Positions 53,876 through 64,000 of a stretch of DNA of 64,000 nt are shown here, piece by piece. The notes beneath the pieces were generated by a model. It was not told the DNA's origin. It did not search any database and worked only from the letters and a program-made list of their open reading frames with translations. Source of the stretch: Paramoeba atlantica. Taxonomy: Eukaryota; Protista; Discosea. Each line of letters starts with the position of its first letter. Position 1 is the stretch's first letter. The stretch is from assembly GCA_977017575.1 (NCBI GenBank), contig CDRNVI010000098.1, positions 271 to 64,270 on the forward strand. The letters run 5' to 3'. Both the position numbers and the translations under genes were made by a program.

Positions 53876-54580
53876 GTTTACAGCAGAGCACTGCAGAGTT
53901 GCCGTGTCAAGGAGTGCACAGAAAACAATGAGACAACGAGAAATAACAAAGGTAAGAGTAAACGAAGCGTTTCTAGGCTTTTCAATGGCAAAAAAGTGGA
54001 TCGACCATACACAAAGGGAAGTTCGGTTTTCGTAACCAATTGTTAGTTTTCACGTATTGTAGTCTATAACGTTTGCCAAAAGCCAACGTACTTGTACTAC
54101 TATATAATGTACTAAGGAAGGTGCAATTGAGGCAAAGTCATACACGAATATACTGGTATCACGTTGGAAAAACTACTTCACAAATTGCTGGGAAAATCTC
54201 CCGTCTACAAACGCATGGGAAAAATTTTCCAAAAGATATATATAAATATGAAGAACATAGCATATGAAAGTGTTACAACACAAATAAAAAAAATCTCAAA
54301 CAAAAGCGTACAACGCATTTTAAGGGCTAGGCTATCTGAACTTGATAACGTATCATTAGACTTCTTTCAAATAATTACTAAAATGTCAAACAAAAATACA
54401 ACTCAATCAATTCCGCGGCTTATTACGGTAGTTTTTCATAACAACGTATTGATTCTTCCTTATTTGAGAGCTAGGTTAGGCTACTATCGATCAGTGCTGC
54501 TTTCTTCAAAGTTTTTTGAGCTTGAAAAGAAGCTGCTTACGCCAAGCACGAGTGATACGGCCAACTAACGTTTTGGACAT

Positions 54581-57367
54581 CTATAACTTTTTTTTCTCGA
54601 CATGAAGCAAAGGGGCAAGCATTGAGAATTGAACGCCAGGCGAACTGCCAACGCCATCCATAGAGTACTCCCCACTGTTCGCGTCTTTGACAGAGGTACA
54701 TTGACGGAGCGAGTCAAGCGTCGTCGGTTTCCAGCCCCTTTCCATTTTCATATCACTGTCAGTACCTATTTGAGTAGAAATAGAATTCTCCGCGTTCCTC
54801 CCTTCTTTTTTTGTTTTCCCAACATCGGTCATTAAGATTACAGAGCTTTCTTGTTTCGTTTTTAATATCCCAGAATGTGACGGTTCATGAAAATCCCATT
54901 TACATGTAGCGTTAGACTCATGTGGCTGCACCCATTCATTTGTTGTCTCTTTTTGACCACCTGAATCAAAGAAGTCAGAATTTAATGGAGAACTTGTCTG
55001 GACTTCATTCTCCGTCGTCCTTTTGAGAGGCTCAAAATCCTTTTTTATGACTTCCATAAAATTACATTCGGCTGGAAACATCACTTCACCGACAATATCG
55101 TCCAAGTCCTTTTCAATTTCCGCAGAGAACGAATCTGAATCCGCACCAGATTCTTCTCTCTCCTCTATTTCCGTTTCTTTTTCCGAATTTTCAGATTTCG
55201 TTCCCAATTTTTCTTTCTCAAATTCTTCTTCTCCCTTGTCTTCTTCCTCGAAGACGCGACTAAATGATCGAACGAGCTGTGTCAGCTGGAATTCACTCCG
55301 TGTGTTATGGACTCCATCGCTTAACATTTCAGAGGCTTTAGGACTTGCCAATGCATTGCTGAGCCAATCCTGAGAAAGGGCTTCGGTTGTTTGTGAAATC
55401 TCAGGCGTTTCCAACAATGTTGGAGATGAAATTGCTTCAGGTATTTTCTGTGCAAATGTTGATTTTGATCTCGACTTGGAAATATTCGTAACCACAGATT
55501 TTTTCTTTTGAACGATTTTCACCTCTTCTCGTGACGACGCGCTTATTTGTTTCCTGACTTCATAGGGCTCGTCTTGCATTTTACTGATGCGGAGTTCCTT
55601 TTGACGCACACTCATTTCATTTTCATCCCACCTTTTCCGATAATGTAATCCCAATTCTTCGCGATAGCACCATAGGAATCGCCAGTACATTTGAAACACA
55701 TGATCGACTTCCTTTAGACCTTGAAAATGGGGCGATTTCAGCGAATAGACACGCAAACGATCTTCCATGCCTTGAATCGATTTGTTTTTGCATCCAATTT
55801 CATTCGCATCCAGCGCAAAGCCAAGCTCGAACGGAAGATAAAACAACCGAGGTAATTCGTGAAGCAGAATGTCCTTCCGTGTTTGTTGCGCACAAAAGGT
55901 TTTAAACGAGGTAAAGGAACTTCGGGTTAACGTACTCTGAGCCTCTTTAAAGGTAAAACCCGTCACAGGCTTTCCACTACAAATACGGGAATGCCATAAA
56001 TCATATCTTTTTTCACAGCAAACGTTAAAATGGTGTTGGGCTAAGGTACGAAATGTTGGGGTAAAGATACCAGAGGTGCGCTTTGTCTTCGTTTCTCCGA
56101 TAAGAAGTGGAGCCAAAAGCAGAAACGCTTGAAATAAGGATCGGCAGAGGTTGGGGGTGGTCGATATATTTTTTATGTGACTCGGGCTGGTAGGGTCGCC
56201 ATCTAAACTTTTTTGAGTATCTTTGGGAAAAAGGCAAAGGGCGTTACTTAGGGCGTCTAGAATCCCGCGTAAAAAGATTGATAAAAGTTTATCCATCGTA
56301 AAATCTTTTGTGTTTTTTGAAGGGGTGGATTGAACTTCGGATTTCTCACTACGAAGACTCTGAATACACAGAAGACAAGCCGCGAGACTCGGGGAAATTG
56401 TGAAGGGCTGATCTTCTGCCTGGGAATCAAATGACTCATCCATGGTACGCTTCCAAAGTGTTGTCGCTCGATCCATGAGTACCTGGTCTACTTCTTCTTT
56501 TACACAGATCGTAGCAAAAAGATGGCAAATACTTGATTCCATTTTCTTTATTTTTTGTTCCTCGGTCACAACTTTATCGTTCTCGCTGCCTTCGTCTCTA
56601 ACGGACCAGCCTGTCGCTTTTCGAATAGCATTCATATTTCGCTGCGCATTTTCAGATCCAAAAAGAATAAAAGGCCTAGCCGCCGACATGGAGAGAAGAG
56701 AGTAAAGTAACGCGTCCACATAGCGTTTCTTTTGAAGATAGCACACCGAGAGTTGATTGTACGCATGGCCCCAGGTGGGATTCAAATGGGTTGCACTTTG
56801 ATAATATTCAATCGCATGTGACATTGTTTTGTGATCAAAGGCATAGCTCGCATGATCGTTAACTTGATATTTTTTATCCTCTTTGCGAGATTCAGTATTT
56901 ACTTCCGTTCGTTCGGTGGCATTCAAATCAGTTAATTGTTTCGGAAGCTGAGCTTCATATCGCCATAAGTCTCCCAAATTCATTACGCATTGATAACGAA
57001 GATCGCGTGAAACGCTACCCAATTCTGGGACTTCCGACCTTGCGAATTCAGAAAGCGCTACCTCAATGTCAACAAAAAAACAACGGGCATTTCCAAGTGC
57101 TTGTGCGTATACTATCGAGGGTACATTTTTTTGCATCTCCTTCAAAAGTTCGTACATCAATTTCCAGATCAAGGCGAGCCTTTTCTTCTTTAAAAGAGTG
57201 GCTGCAAATGTCTCGCATTCGGTACTTTTCAAGCCGTTTTGGACTTCTTTCGCCATAGAGGCAAGAAGGGAAGAATTGTACTCTTTTGTCATGTCTTTCT
57301 TGTTCAGACTTCCGCGGACGATATCCATCGGCTTCACCACATCAACCGCATCATCTGAGTCCTTCAT
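54581..57367 (-). CDS. Est1/SMG5-7-family 14-3-3-like (TPR) domain protein
   Basis: CVMNLGDLWRYE, AIEYYQSATHLNPTWGHAYNQLSV, DALLYSLLSMSAARPF. No PIN domain visible. Confidence 0.8.
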   Translation of the reverse strand: MKDSDDAVDVVKPMDIVRGSLNKKDMTKEYNSSLLASMAKEVQNGLKSTECETFAATLLKKKRLALIWKLMYELLKEMQKNVPSIVYAQALGNARCFFVDIEVALSEFARSEVPELGSVSRDLRYQCVMNLGDLWRYEAQLPKQLTDLNATERTEVNTESRKEDKKYQVNDHASYAFDHKTMSHAIEYYQSATHLNPTWGHAYNQLSVCYLQKKRYVDALLYSLLSMSAARPFILFGSENAQRNMNAIRKATGWSVRDEGSENDKVVTEEQKIKKMESSICHLFATICVKEEVDQVLMDRATTLWKRTMDESFDSQAEDQPFTISPSLAACLLCIQSLRSEKSEVQSTPSKNTKDFTMDKLLSIFLRGILDALSNALCLFPKDTQKSLDGDPTSPSHIKNISTTPNLCRSLFQAFLLLAPLLIGETKTKRTSGIFTPTFRTLAQHHFNVCCEKRYDLWHSRICSGKPVTGFTFKEAQSTLTRSSFTSFKTFCAQQTRKDILLHELPRLFYLPFELGFALDANEIGCKNKSIQGMEDRLRVYSLKSPHFQGLKEVDHVFQMYWRFLWCYREELGLHYRKRWDENEMSVRQKELRISKMQDEPYEVRKQISASSREEVKIVQKKKSVVTNISKSRSKSTFAQKIPEAISSPTLLETPEISQTTEALSQDWLSNALASPKASEMLSDGVHNTRSEFQLTQLVRSFSRVFEEEDKGEEEFEKEKLGTKSENSEKETEIEEREESGADSDSFSAEIEKDLDDIVGEVMFPAECNFMEVIKKDFEPLKRTTENEVQTSSPLNSDFFDSGGQKETTNEWVQPHESNATCKWDFHEPSHSGILKTKQESSVILMTDVGKTKKEGRNAENSISTQIGTDSDMKMERGWKPTTLDSLRQCTSVKDANSGEYSMDGVGSSPGVQFSMLAPLLHVEKKKL

Positions 57368-57925
57368 TTTCTAATCGTTGAACGCGAGGACCAGAACAGC
57401 TTTTCCGGCACCAATTTGCGAAGCGAGTCGGATCTAAATGATGCGGTTCATAGATCCGAATAAATGCCAACGCTTCCTGAAAGTCAGATTACTTGTCGTG
57501 TTCGAAAGAACTGTACATGCGCCGAATTTCCTCCCATGATGGATTAAGAATGAGTTTCCGATTTATAAAATGAACATAAAATGCTGAATTTTACATGTAA
57601 TTTTATTTCCGTGTGATCGCTAAAATATGAGGAAAGAGACAGCCTCTGATTGAATATCCGTAACATGAAATGAGGACATGAAATGAATCAACACGTTCTA
57701 AGGCTCACAGAGGCAATTACTGAGGCAAGTAAAACGGCAAGAAAATACATGTTTTTTCCTAATGCTACTCAAGACACACTGAAAAAATTAGAGTCACACA
57801 AGGGGCTGGAAAAATGCTGCCCATAAGTGTTTTGTGCACGAATTCTATCTATTTGTATTCTATTTGTCAAACTGTTTCCAAAAATCTTTTGCACGAAAAC
57901 GTCGAGTTCCTTTCCAGTTTTAGTC

Positions 57926-58750
57926 TTAAAGCAAGAAAATTAAGTTGGACGTACGTATCGCTTCCACAACTAAATTATTCTTACCCAAGTTTAGATAAGT
58001 TAAGTTCCGTGGCAAGTTAAGTTCCACGCTTCCTTTCAATTGGTTGGAAGATAAATCCAGCTCCCTCAGCGACATTGCGATTTGTGAAACCGAGTCCTTA
58101 AATGGGGCACTCTGAGAAGAATTCAGTTTCCTTTTCTTGTTTGAATCCTGAAAATGTTCTCTCAGTAGAGTAGTATCAACTGAAATCCACGGATTTTCAT
58201 GCAAGCCTTTATTCTTAAGCCTTTATTATTCTTAAGACGCAATAGTTCCAAATGATTTGGCACGTCGCTTATATGAAGCTTACCCGTAATTTCGTTAGAA
58301 CTTAAATCTAGGATTCGAAGTGACGGAGGGAGTGCGGCAAACGTAGCTTGAAGGTTTCCGCTGATAAGATTGTGAGACAAATCTAACACACGGAGGCCAG
58401 TGGATAAGAAAGGCAAAGCTTTATCCGTCACATTCAACTGATATCATTATGACAAAGAATGAGTTCTTGTAGTTCTCTCATATATACACAGGCAAGTTCC
58501 CCCAGTCATCGAATGAAATTTCCACTTTTCGTAAAGTTTCGGGAAAGACACTCCAATCAAAAGAAATTTCATGCTTGACGGTCGGAAATGAACGCGGCAC
58601 CTTTTCAAAATTCCAATTAACTTCACGCAGCGCACACCCTTCCCAATGCAAAGTTTTGCTAAACAATTCATCAAATTCATGCGGGCGCTTTTCGATCGCG
58701 CTAGCATCTAAAAATTCTCCAAAATACGCATTTAGACCTTGTTTCTGATC
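57926..58750 (-). pseudogene. LRR gene fragments, 5'-truncated at the junction
   Basis: LRVLDLSHNLISG, LRILDLSSNEITG, LRELDLSSNQLKG in broken frames. The upstream frame is open up to the GATC at 58747-58750. Confidence 0.7.
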
Positions 58751-59166
58751 TGTTTCATGTGCCGGTTCACATTGATATTAAAGAAGTACGCAAGCCAGAA
58801 TTAAACGCAACCTTAGTGGCAATCAGTATTGCACAACAATTGGAGCGTCGAGTGATGTTTCGTCGTGCAATGAAACGTGCGGTGAGTAGTGCAATGCGCT
58901 TGGGTGCTGAGGGCATCAAAATTAATGTTGCTGGTCGTTTAGGTGGTGCTGAGATCGCGCGTAATGAATGGTACCGTGAAGGGCGTGTACCGTTACACAC
59001 GTTCCGTGCGGATATCGATTATGGCGTTGCCAGAGCACAAACGACATATGGGGTGATTGGGGTTAAAGTATGGATCTTTAAAGGTGAGATCGTGAGCCCT
59101 AGTCAAAAAGAAGACCGTCAACAGGGTAGTGGTGATGTAGCATCAACCACTGAGACGGCAGTGTAA
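58747..59166 (+). CDS. rpsC: 30S ribosomal protein S3, 5'-truncated
   Basis: [45 protein letters not shown]. The N-terminal half is missing. Confidence 0.97.
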   Translation, partial: DLFHVPVHIDIKEVRKPELNATLVAISIAQQLERRVMFRRAMKRAVSSAMRLGAEGIKINVAGRLGGAEIARNEWYREGRVPLHTFRADIDYGVARAQTTYGVIGVKVWIFKGEIVSPSQKEDRQQGSGDVASTTETAV

Positions 59167-59178
59167 TTGAGGTGAAAC

Positions 59179-59592
59179 ATGCTGCAACCAAAGCGCACTA
59201 AATTTAGAAAACAGCAAAAAGGGCGTAATCGTGGCTTAGCACAGCGCGGTAGTAAAGTCAGTTTTGGTGATTTTGGCTTGAAAGCCACAGGGCGTGGGCG
59301 GTTAACGTCACGTCAAATCGAAGCAGCGCGTCGCGCAATTTCGCGTGCGGTAAAGCGTGGTGGAAAAGTATGGATTCGGGTATTTCCCGATAAACCAATT
59401 ACTAAAAAACCATTAGAAGTGCGTCAAGGGAAAGGTAAGGGTAGTGTCGAGTATTGGGTTGCATTAATCCAGCCTGGGCGTGTGTTATTTGAATTAGAGG
59501 GTGTACCTGAAGAGTTAGCACGTGATGCTTTTGAAAAAGCAGCGTCTAAATTACCGTTTAAAACCCTCTTTGTATCGCGGACGGTGATGTAA
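59179..59592 (+). CDS. rplP: 50S ribosomal protein L16
   Basis: [19 protein letters not shown]..; operon order. Confidence 0.99.
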   Translation: MLQPKRTKFRKQQKGRNRGLAQRGSKVSFGDFGLKATGRGRLTSRQIEAARRAISRAVKRGGKVWIRVFPDKPITKKPLEVRQGKGKGSVEYWVALIQPGRVLFELEGVPEELARDAFEKAASKLPFKTLFVSRTVM

Positions 59593-59798
59593 TGAAAGCA
59601 GTTGAGTTACGTAAAAAATCGTTAACGGAGTTGCAACAAGAATTACGTGAATTGTTGCGTGAACAATTTAACTTAAAAATGCAGCGTGGTGCTGGGCATG
59701 CAACGCGTACTCATTTATTTAAAGAAGTACGATGTAATATTGCTCGGGTAAAAACACTGATGCATGAGCAACAAACGGCAAAAGGTGGTGAGCAATAA
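59592..59798 (+). CDS. rpmC: 50S ribosomal protein L29
   Basis: [21 protein letters not shown]; operon order. Confidence 0.97.
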   Translation: MKAVELRKKSLTELQQELRELLREQFNLKMQRGAGHATRTHLFKEVRCNIARVKTLMHEQQTAKGGEQ

Positions 59799-60073
59799 TG
59801 GCGGAAGTAGAACAAAAGCAGCGTACAGTTACCGGTATCGTTGTTAGCGATGCCATGGATAAAACAATTGTGGTGCGTGTTGAGCGTCGAGTAAAACATC
59901 CATTGTATGGTAAAGTGATACGTCGCTTTAGTAAATTGCATGCACATGATGAAGACAATCAATGTCGTTTAGGTGATACCGTTGCTGTGTGTGCATCGCG
60001 CCCACTGTCAAAGAAAAAACGTTGGTGTTTAGTTGAGATTAAACAACGTCAGTTTGCCGGAGAACAGCCATGA
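59798..60073 (+). CDS. rpsQ: 30S ribosomal protein S17
   Basis: [27 protein letters not shown]. Confidence 0.99.
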   Translation: MAEVEQKQRTVTGIVVSDAMDKTIVVRVERRVKHPLYGKVIRRFSKLHAHDEDNQCRLGDTVAVCASRPLSKKKRWCLVEIKQRQFAGEQP

Positions 60074-60435
60074 TTCAAATGGGAAGCAAATTGGCAATAG
60101 CCGACAACAGTGGTGCACGTGCGGTCGAATGCATTAAAGTACTGGGCGGTTCTAAGCGTCGTTATGCTGCTGTGGGTGATGTGATTAAAGTCTCAGTAAA
60201 AGAAGCGATCCCACGCAGCAAAGTGAAAAAAGGCGATGTGGTTAATGCTGTGGTGGTACGTACTAAAAAAGGTGTGCGCCGTCAGGACGGTTCGTTAATT
60301 CGTTTTGATGGTAATGCAGCTGTATTACTGAATGCACAATTGCAGCCGATTGGTACTCGGATCTTTGGTCCGGTTACTCGTGAATTGCGTGAACGTTTCA
60401 TGCGAATTATTTCATTGGCGCCAGAGGTCTTATAG
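60070..60435 (+). CDS. rplN: 50S ribosomal protein L14
   Basis: [35 protein letters not shown]. Confidence 0.99.
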   Translation: MIQMGSKLAIADNSGARAVECIKVLGGSKRRYAAVGDVIKVSVKEAIPRSKVKKGDVVNAVVVRTKKGVRRQDGSLIRFDGNAAVLLNAQLQPIGTRIFGPVTRELRERFMRIISLAPEVL

Positions 60436-60452
60436 GTTTATTAAGCGAGTTT

Positions 60453-60810
60453 ATGATGGCAAAGGCAGATTCAAAAAAAAATAGCACGCAATAAATACCG
60501 CATCAAAAAAAATGATGAAGTGGTAGTGATTGCAGGGCGTTCTAAAGGTGTGCAGGGTAAAGTATTACGCATGTGCCCAGATGAACGTGTGTATGTGGAA
60601 GGGGCGAATATGGTGACTAAACACGTGCGTCCTAATCCAAACATTGGTGAAGCAGGTGGACGTAAGCAGCAAGAAGCACCTCTACACATTTCTAATGTAG
60701 CGATATTCAACCCGAAGACTAAAAAAGCCGATCGGGTTGGTTATAAATATTTAGCTGATGGTAAAAAAGTACGGGTATTTTGCTCGACTAAAGAAGAAAT
60801 TGATCTCTGA
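60453..60810 (+). CDS. rplX: 50S ribosomal protein L24 (apparent +1 A in an A9 run near 60473-60481)
   Basis: RIKKNDEVVVIAGRSKG..EAPLHISNV. The only nearby ATGs (60453/60456) are out of frame by one base, probably a homopolymer error. Confidence 0.93.
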
Positions 60811-60828
60811 TATAGGTGATAAGCAGTC

Positions 60829-61374
60829 ATGATACGCTTTGAAGAGTTATACAAAACACAAATACACCAGAAATTAATGCAACAGTTTGGCATGAATGCA
60901 ATGCAAGTGCCGCGCATTGAAAAAATCACTTTGAATATGGGATTGGGTGAAGCGGCTGCAGATAAGAAAATCATTCAAGCAGCAGTTGGTGATATGACAG
61001 CGATTGCTGGGCAAAAGCCAGTGGTTACTGTGGCGCGTAAATCAATTGCTGGGTTTAAAATTCGTGATGGGTGGCCTATTGGTTGTAAAGTAACATTACG
61101 TGGCAAGCGCATGTATGAATTTTTAGAGCGCTTGGTGTGCATTGCTATTCCACGGGTGCGTGATTTTCGTGGACTTGGCCCAAAATCATTTGATGGCCGT
61201 GGTAATTACAGTTTAGGTATCAATGAACAGATCGTGTTTCCTGAAATTGATTATGACACGATTGATACGATTCGTGGATTAGATATCACGATCACCACCA
61301 CTGCCAACACCAACGAACATGCCAAAGCATTATTAGCTGGTTTTGATTTTCCGTTTAAGAAAGAGGGTAATTGA
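60829..61374 (+). CDS. rplE: 50S ribosomal protein L5
   Basis: [36 protein letters not shown]. Confidence 0.99.
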   Translation: MIRFEELYKTQIHQKLMQQFGMNAMQVPRIEKITLNMGLGEAAADKKIIQAAVGDMTAIAGQKPVVTVARKSIAGFKIRDGWPIGCKVTLRGKRMYEFLERLVCIAIPRVRDFRGLGPKSFDGRGNYSLGINEQIVFPEIDYDTIDTIRGLDITITTTANTNEHAKALLAGFDFPFKKEGN

Positions 61375-61376
61375 TA

Positions 61377-61676
61377 ATGGCGAAAAAATCAGTCATTGCA
61401 CGCAATCAACAACGTCGCGCTACTGTTGCAAAGTATGCTGACAGACGTGCTGAGTTAAAAAAGCAAGCACGTTCATTAGATCCGGAAGTGCGTATGGCTG
61501 CAATAGCGAAGTTACAAGCATTACCACGCAATGCAAGTCCGGTTAGGTTGCGTAATCGTTGTGAAGAAACTGGGCGTGGGCGTGGTGTTTACCGTCGCTT
61601 TAATTTAAGTCGTCATAAGTTACGCGAGTTTGCTATGAAAGGGCAAATTCCAGGTTTACGTAAATCAAGTTGGTAA
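61377..61676 (+). CDS. rpsN: 30S ribosomal protein S14 (long, non-Zn form)
   Basis: [30 protein letters not shown]. Confidence 0.98.
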   Translation: MAKKSVIARNQQRRATVAKYADRRAELKKQARSLDPEVRMAAIAKLQALPRNASPVRLRNRCEETGRGRGVYRRFNLSRHKLREFAMKGQIPGLRKSSW

Positions 61677-61701
61677 AAGATTGATGAGGATGAAATAGAG
61701 T

Positions 61702-62100
61702 ATGAGCATGCAAGATCCTATCGCCGATATGTTAATTCGCATCAAGAATGCGCAGGCGGTATTCAAGCAACATGTCAGCATGCCAGCATCTAATGTAAAG
61801 CAGGCAATTGCGGCTGTGTTGATGCAAGAAGGTTATGTCAACGATGTTGACTTAGTTGATGATGTTGAGGGTAAATCGCAATTGCGTATCACCTTAAAAT
61901 ACCACCAAGGTAAAGGTGTTATTTGGCAATTGAAACGGATTAGTCGACCAGGATTACGTATTTATAAAACGTGTAAACAGTTACCACGGGTAATGGGTGG
62001 TTTAGGTGTGGCGATTATTTCCACCTCGCAGGGAGTAATGGCTGATCACAAAGCACGCCAATGTGGCTTGGGTGGTGAAGTGCTTGTTGAAGTCAAATAG
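61702..62100 (+). CDS. rpsH: 30S ribosomal protein S8
   Basis: [38 protein letters not shown]. Confidence 0.99.
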   Translation: MSMQDPIADMLIRIKNAQAVFKQHVSMPASNVKQAIAAVLMQEGYVNDVDLVDDVEGKSQLRITLKYHQGKGVIWQLKRISRPGLRIYKTCKQLPRVMGGLGVAIISTSQGVMADHKARQCGLGGEVLVEVK

Positions 62101-62128
62101 CCTGAAGATGAATTAGGAGACAGATAGT

Positions 62129-62665
62129 ATGTCATTACGTGTTGCAAACAAGCCGATTCAAGTGCCAACGGGCGTTGACGTTAATGTCAACGGTCAGCAA
62201 CTTGATATTAAAGGCAGCAAAGGCGCACTGACTCATGTATTACACGATGCAGTGAATATCACTCATCAAGATGGTGTGTTGCAATTGTCGGCGAGTAATA
62301 ACCAGCCAGACAACATTGCGTTGACGGGCACCATGCGTGCCTTAATCAATAATATTGTGATTGGGGTCAGTCAGGGTTTTGAACGCAAACTTGAATTAAA
62401 AGGGGTAGGTTACCGCGCACAAGTGCAAGGTAAGAACTTGAATTTAACTGTTGGTTTTTCGCATCCGGTTGTTTTCCCGGTGCCTGAGGGAATTACCATT
62501 GAAACACCCAGTCAAACTGAGATTGTGGTCAAAGGTGCAGATAAGCAATTGGTGGGGCAAGTGACGGCTAATATTCGCCGTATTCGTCCACCTGATGCGT
62601 ATAAAGGTAAAGGCATTCGTTATGCCGATGAACGAATTAGTTTGAAAGAAACTAAGAAAAAATAA
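62129..62665 (+). CDS. rplF: 50S ribosomal protein L6
   Basis: [27 protein letters not shown]. Confidence 0.99.
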   Translation: MSLRVANKPIQVPTGVDVNVNGQQLDIKGSKGALTHVLHDAVNITHQDGVLQLSASNNQPDNIALTGTMRALINNIVIGVSQGFERKLELKGVGYRAQVQGKNLNLTVGFSHPVVFPVPEGITIETPSQTEIVVKGADKQLVGQVTANIRRIRPPDAYKGKGIRYADERISLKETKKK

Positions 62666-62668
62666 CGC

Positions 62669-62740
62669 TATACTCAACGCATTTTGAATTTAGGCGAGGC
62701 GTAGCCAACAAAGACCTAAATTTAAAACGTGAAGAGTATA
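62669..62740. repeat. 72-bp ERIC-like palindromic element in the rplF-rplR spacer
   Basis: TATACTC..ATTTTGAATTTAGG..GTAGCCAACA..CCTAAATTTAAAAC..GAGTATA: inverted repeat with ERIC-like termini. Confidence 0.55.
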
Positions 62741-62803
62741 TTCTTGGTGGTTTCATCAGGGTTGTTATTTGGGTATTAAAACAATTTAAGTTGAGTAAAG
62801 CAG

Positions 62804-63154
62804 ATGAATTTACGTAAACAATCACGCCTACGCCGCGCTAAGCGTAGCCGCAAAAAGATGCAAGAGTTGTGCGCAACACGATTATCAGTGCACCGCACAC
62901 CAAAGCATATCTATGCACAAATGATCGATGCCAGCGGTAAAGTGGTTGCTGCTGCATCCAGTATTGAAAAAGAAATGGCGCAGCAAGGTTATACCGGCAA
63001 TGTAGCTATGGCAAAACGCGTAGGTGAAGCTGTTGCTAAGCGTGCTAAGCAAGCCGGTGTTGAACGAGTCGCGTTTGATCGTTCTGGGTTTAAGTACCAT
63101 GGTCGTGTTAAAGCGTTGGCAGACGCTGCACGTGAAGGTGGTATTGAGTTTTAA
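62804..63154 (+). CDS. rplR: 50S ribosomal protein L18
   Basis: [37 protein letters not shown]. Confidence 0.99.
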   Translation: MNLRKQSRLRRAKRSRKKMQELCATRLSVHRTPKHIYAQMIDASGKVVAAASSIEKEMAQQGYTGNVAMAKRVGEAVAKRAKQAGVERVAFDRSGFKYHGRVKALADAAREGGIEF

Positions 63155-63168
63155 TAAAGGGTAATAGC

Positions 63169-63720
63169 ATGGCAACATACGATCAATCAACAAGTAGTGA
63201 TGGCTTAATTGAAAAATTAGTAGCAGTTAACCGTACCGCAAAAGTGGTTAAAGGTGGGCGCATCTTTGGTTTTACTGCAACAGTAGTTGTTGGTGATGGT
63301 AAAGGACGTATTGGTTATGGTCGTGGTAAAGCACGCGAAGTCCCCCCAGCAATTCAAAAAGCATTAGAGCAAGCACGTCGTGACATGACCAGTGTCGCTT
63401 TAAAAGGATCGACATTGCATTATGCGATAACCGCTAACCATGGCGCTTCTAAAGTATTTATGCAACCTGCTACCGAGGGTACTGGAATTATTGCAGGTGG
63501 TGCGATGCGTGCAGTGTTTGAAGTATTAGGCGTGCACAATGTGTTAGCTAAGTGTTTTGGTTCAACCAATCCAATGAATGTTGTGTTGGCAACAATTAAG
63601 GGGTTAAGACAAATTGCCGCCCCTGAAGCGATTGCTGAAAAACGCGGCAAACCGATTCATGCATTGTGGCATGGTACTAAGAAGCAATCTAAAGATACTG
63701 ATCAGGCAGCAGCGGAGTAA
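63169..63720 (+). CDS. rpsE: 30S ribosomal protein S5
   Basis: [34 protein letters not shown]. Confidence 0.99.
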   Translation: MATYDQSTSSDGLIEKLVAVNRTAKVVKGGRIFGFTATVVVGDGKGRIGYGRGKAREVPPAIQKALEQARRDMTSVALKGSTLHYAITANHGASKVFMQPATEGTGIIAGGAMRAVFEVLGVHNVLAKCFGSTNPMNVVLATIKGLRQIAAPEAIAEKRGKPIHALWHGTKKQSKDTDQAAAE

Positions 63721-63725
63721 ATGCC

Positions 63726-63923
63726 ATGGCAGCAGGTAAAACAAATAAACAGTTATCAGTGACATTAGTCAAAAGTCCGATTGGTGCATTGCCACGGCAT
63801 CGTGATTGTGTACGTGGTTTGGGTCTGCGTCGATTACACCATACGGTGACGTTAGTGGATACGCCTGCCGTGCGTGGGATGATCAATCATGTTAATCATC
63901 TAGTAACGGTTGAGGAAGGGTAG
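63726..63923 (+). CDS. rpmD: 50S ribosomal protein L30
   Basis: [31 protein letters not shown]. Confidence 0.97.
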   Translation: MAAGKTNKQLSVTLVKSPIGALPRHRDCVRGLGLRRLHHTVTLVDTPAVRGMINHVNHLVTVEEG

Positions 63924-63925
63924 TT

Positions 63926-64000
63926 ATGCGACTTAATACATTACAACCAGCAACAGGTGCCAAGCAGGTGGCAAAACGTCGTGGACGTGGTATCGGATCT
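63926..64000 (+). CDS. rplO: 50S ribosomal protein L15, truncated by the window end
   Basis: MRLNTLQPATGAKQVAKRRGRGIGS. Confidence 0.95.
   Translation, partial: MRLNTLQPATGAKQVAKRRGRGIGS

Noticed and set aside
60453-60520. Programmed frameshift or pseudogenisation of rplX
   Set aside because: A single extra A in a 9-A run of an essential gene is best explained as a homopolymer sequencing error.
58747-64000. Functional horizontal transfer of a bacterial ribosomal operon into the eukaryote
   Set aside because: There is no decay or amelioration, both flanking genes are cut at a restriction-site tetramer, and the operon keeps bacterial spacing. An artefact is far more parsimonious.

Overview
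The window has two unrelated parts. (1) 1-58750 is intron-less eukaryotic DNA. Nearly all credible host genes lie on the minus strand as one directional cluster: a TBC+TLDc protein, eS17/RPS17, a PP2C with a Tudor-like tail, an MPDU1-like PQ-loop protein, an EDRF1-like protein and an Est1/SMG7-like protein. This layout, plus spliced-leader (SL)-like sequence, points to a kinetoplastid-type euglenozoan (inference). The region also holds about 14 small plant-type LRR genes or fragments and dense mobile DNA: TA-flanked MITEs, a decayed DD35E Tc1/IS630-type element, a hAT remnant and a DIRS-like RT remnant. The main finding is a retroposon system. An autonomous-type RLE (restriction-like endonuclease) non-LTR retrotransposon is present as a full-length copy (34112-39266, minus) and a 5'-truncated copy (23835-26528, plus). 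The full-length copy starts with an SL-like exon, carries three Mer3/HFM1-like Cys/His motifs and sits between ~700-bp direct repeats. Non-coding SINE-like elements (2407-2874, 33037-33610, 33611-34051) share a covarying two-hairpin 3' structure with it, and one also starts with the same SL core. (2) 58747-64000 is a gammaproteobacterial S10-spc ribosomal protein operon (rpsC' to rplO') fused to the eukaryotic part at a GATC, most likely an assembly or concatenation artefact. All alignments were done by eye, and some frameshifts in homopolymer runs may be sequencing errors.
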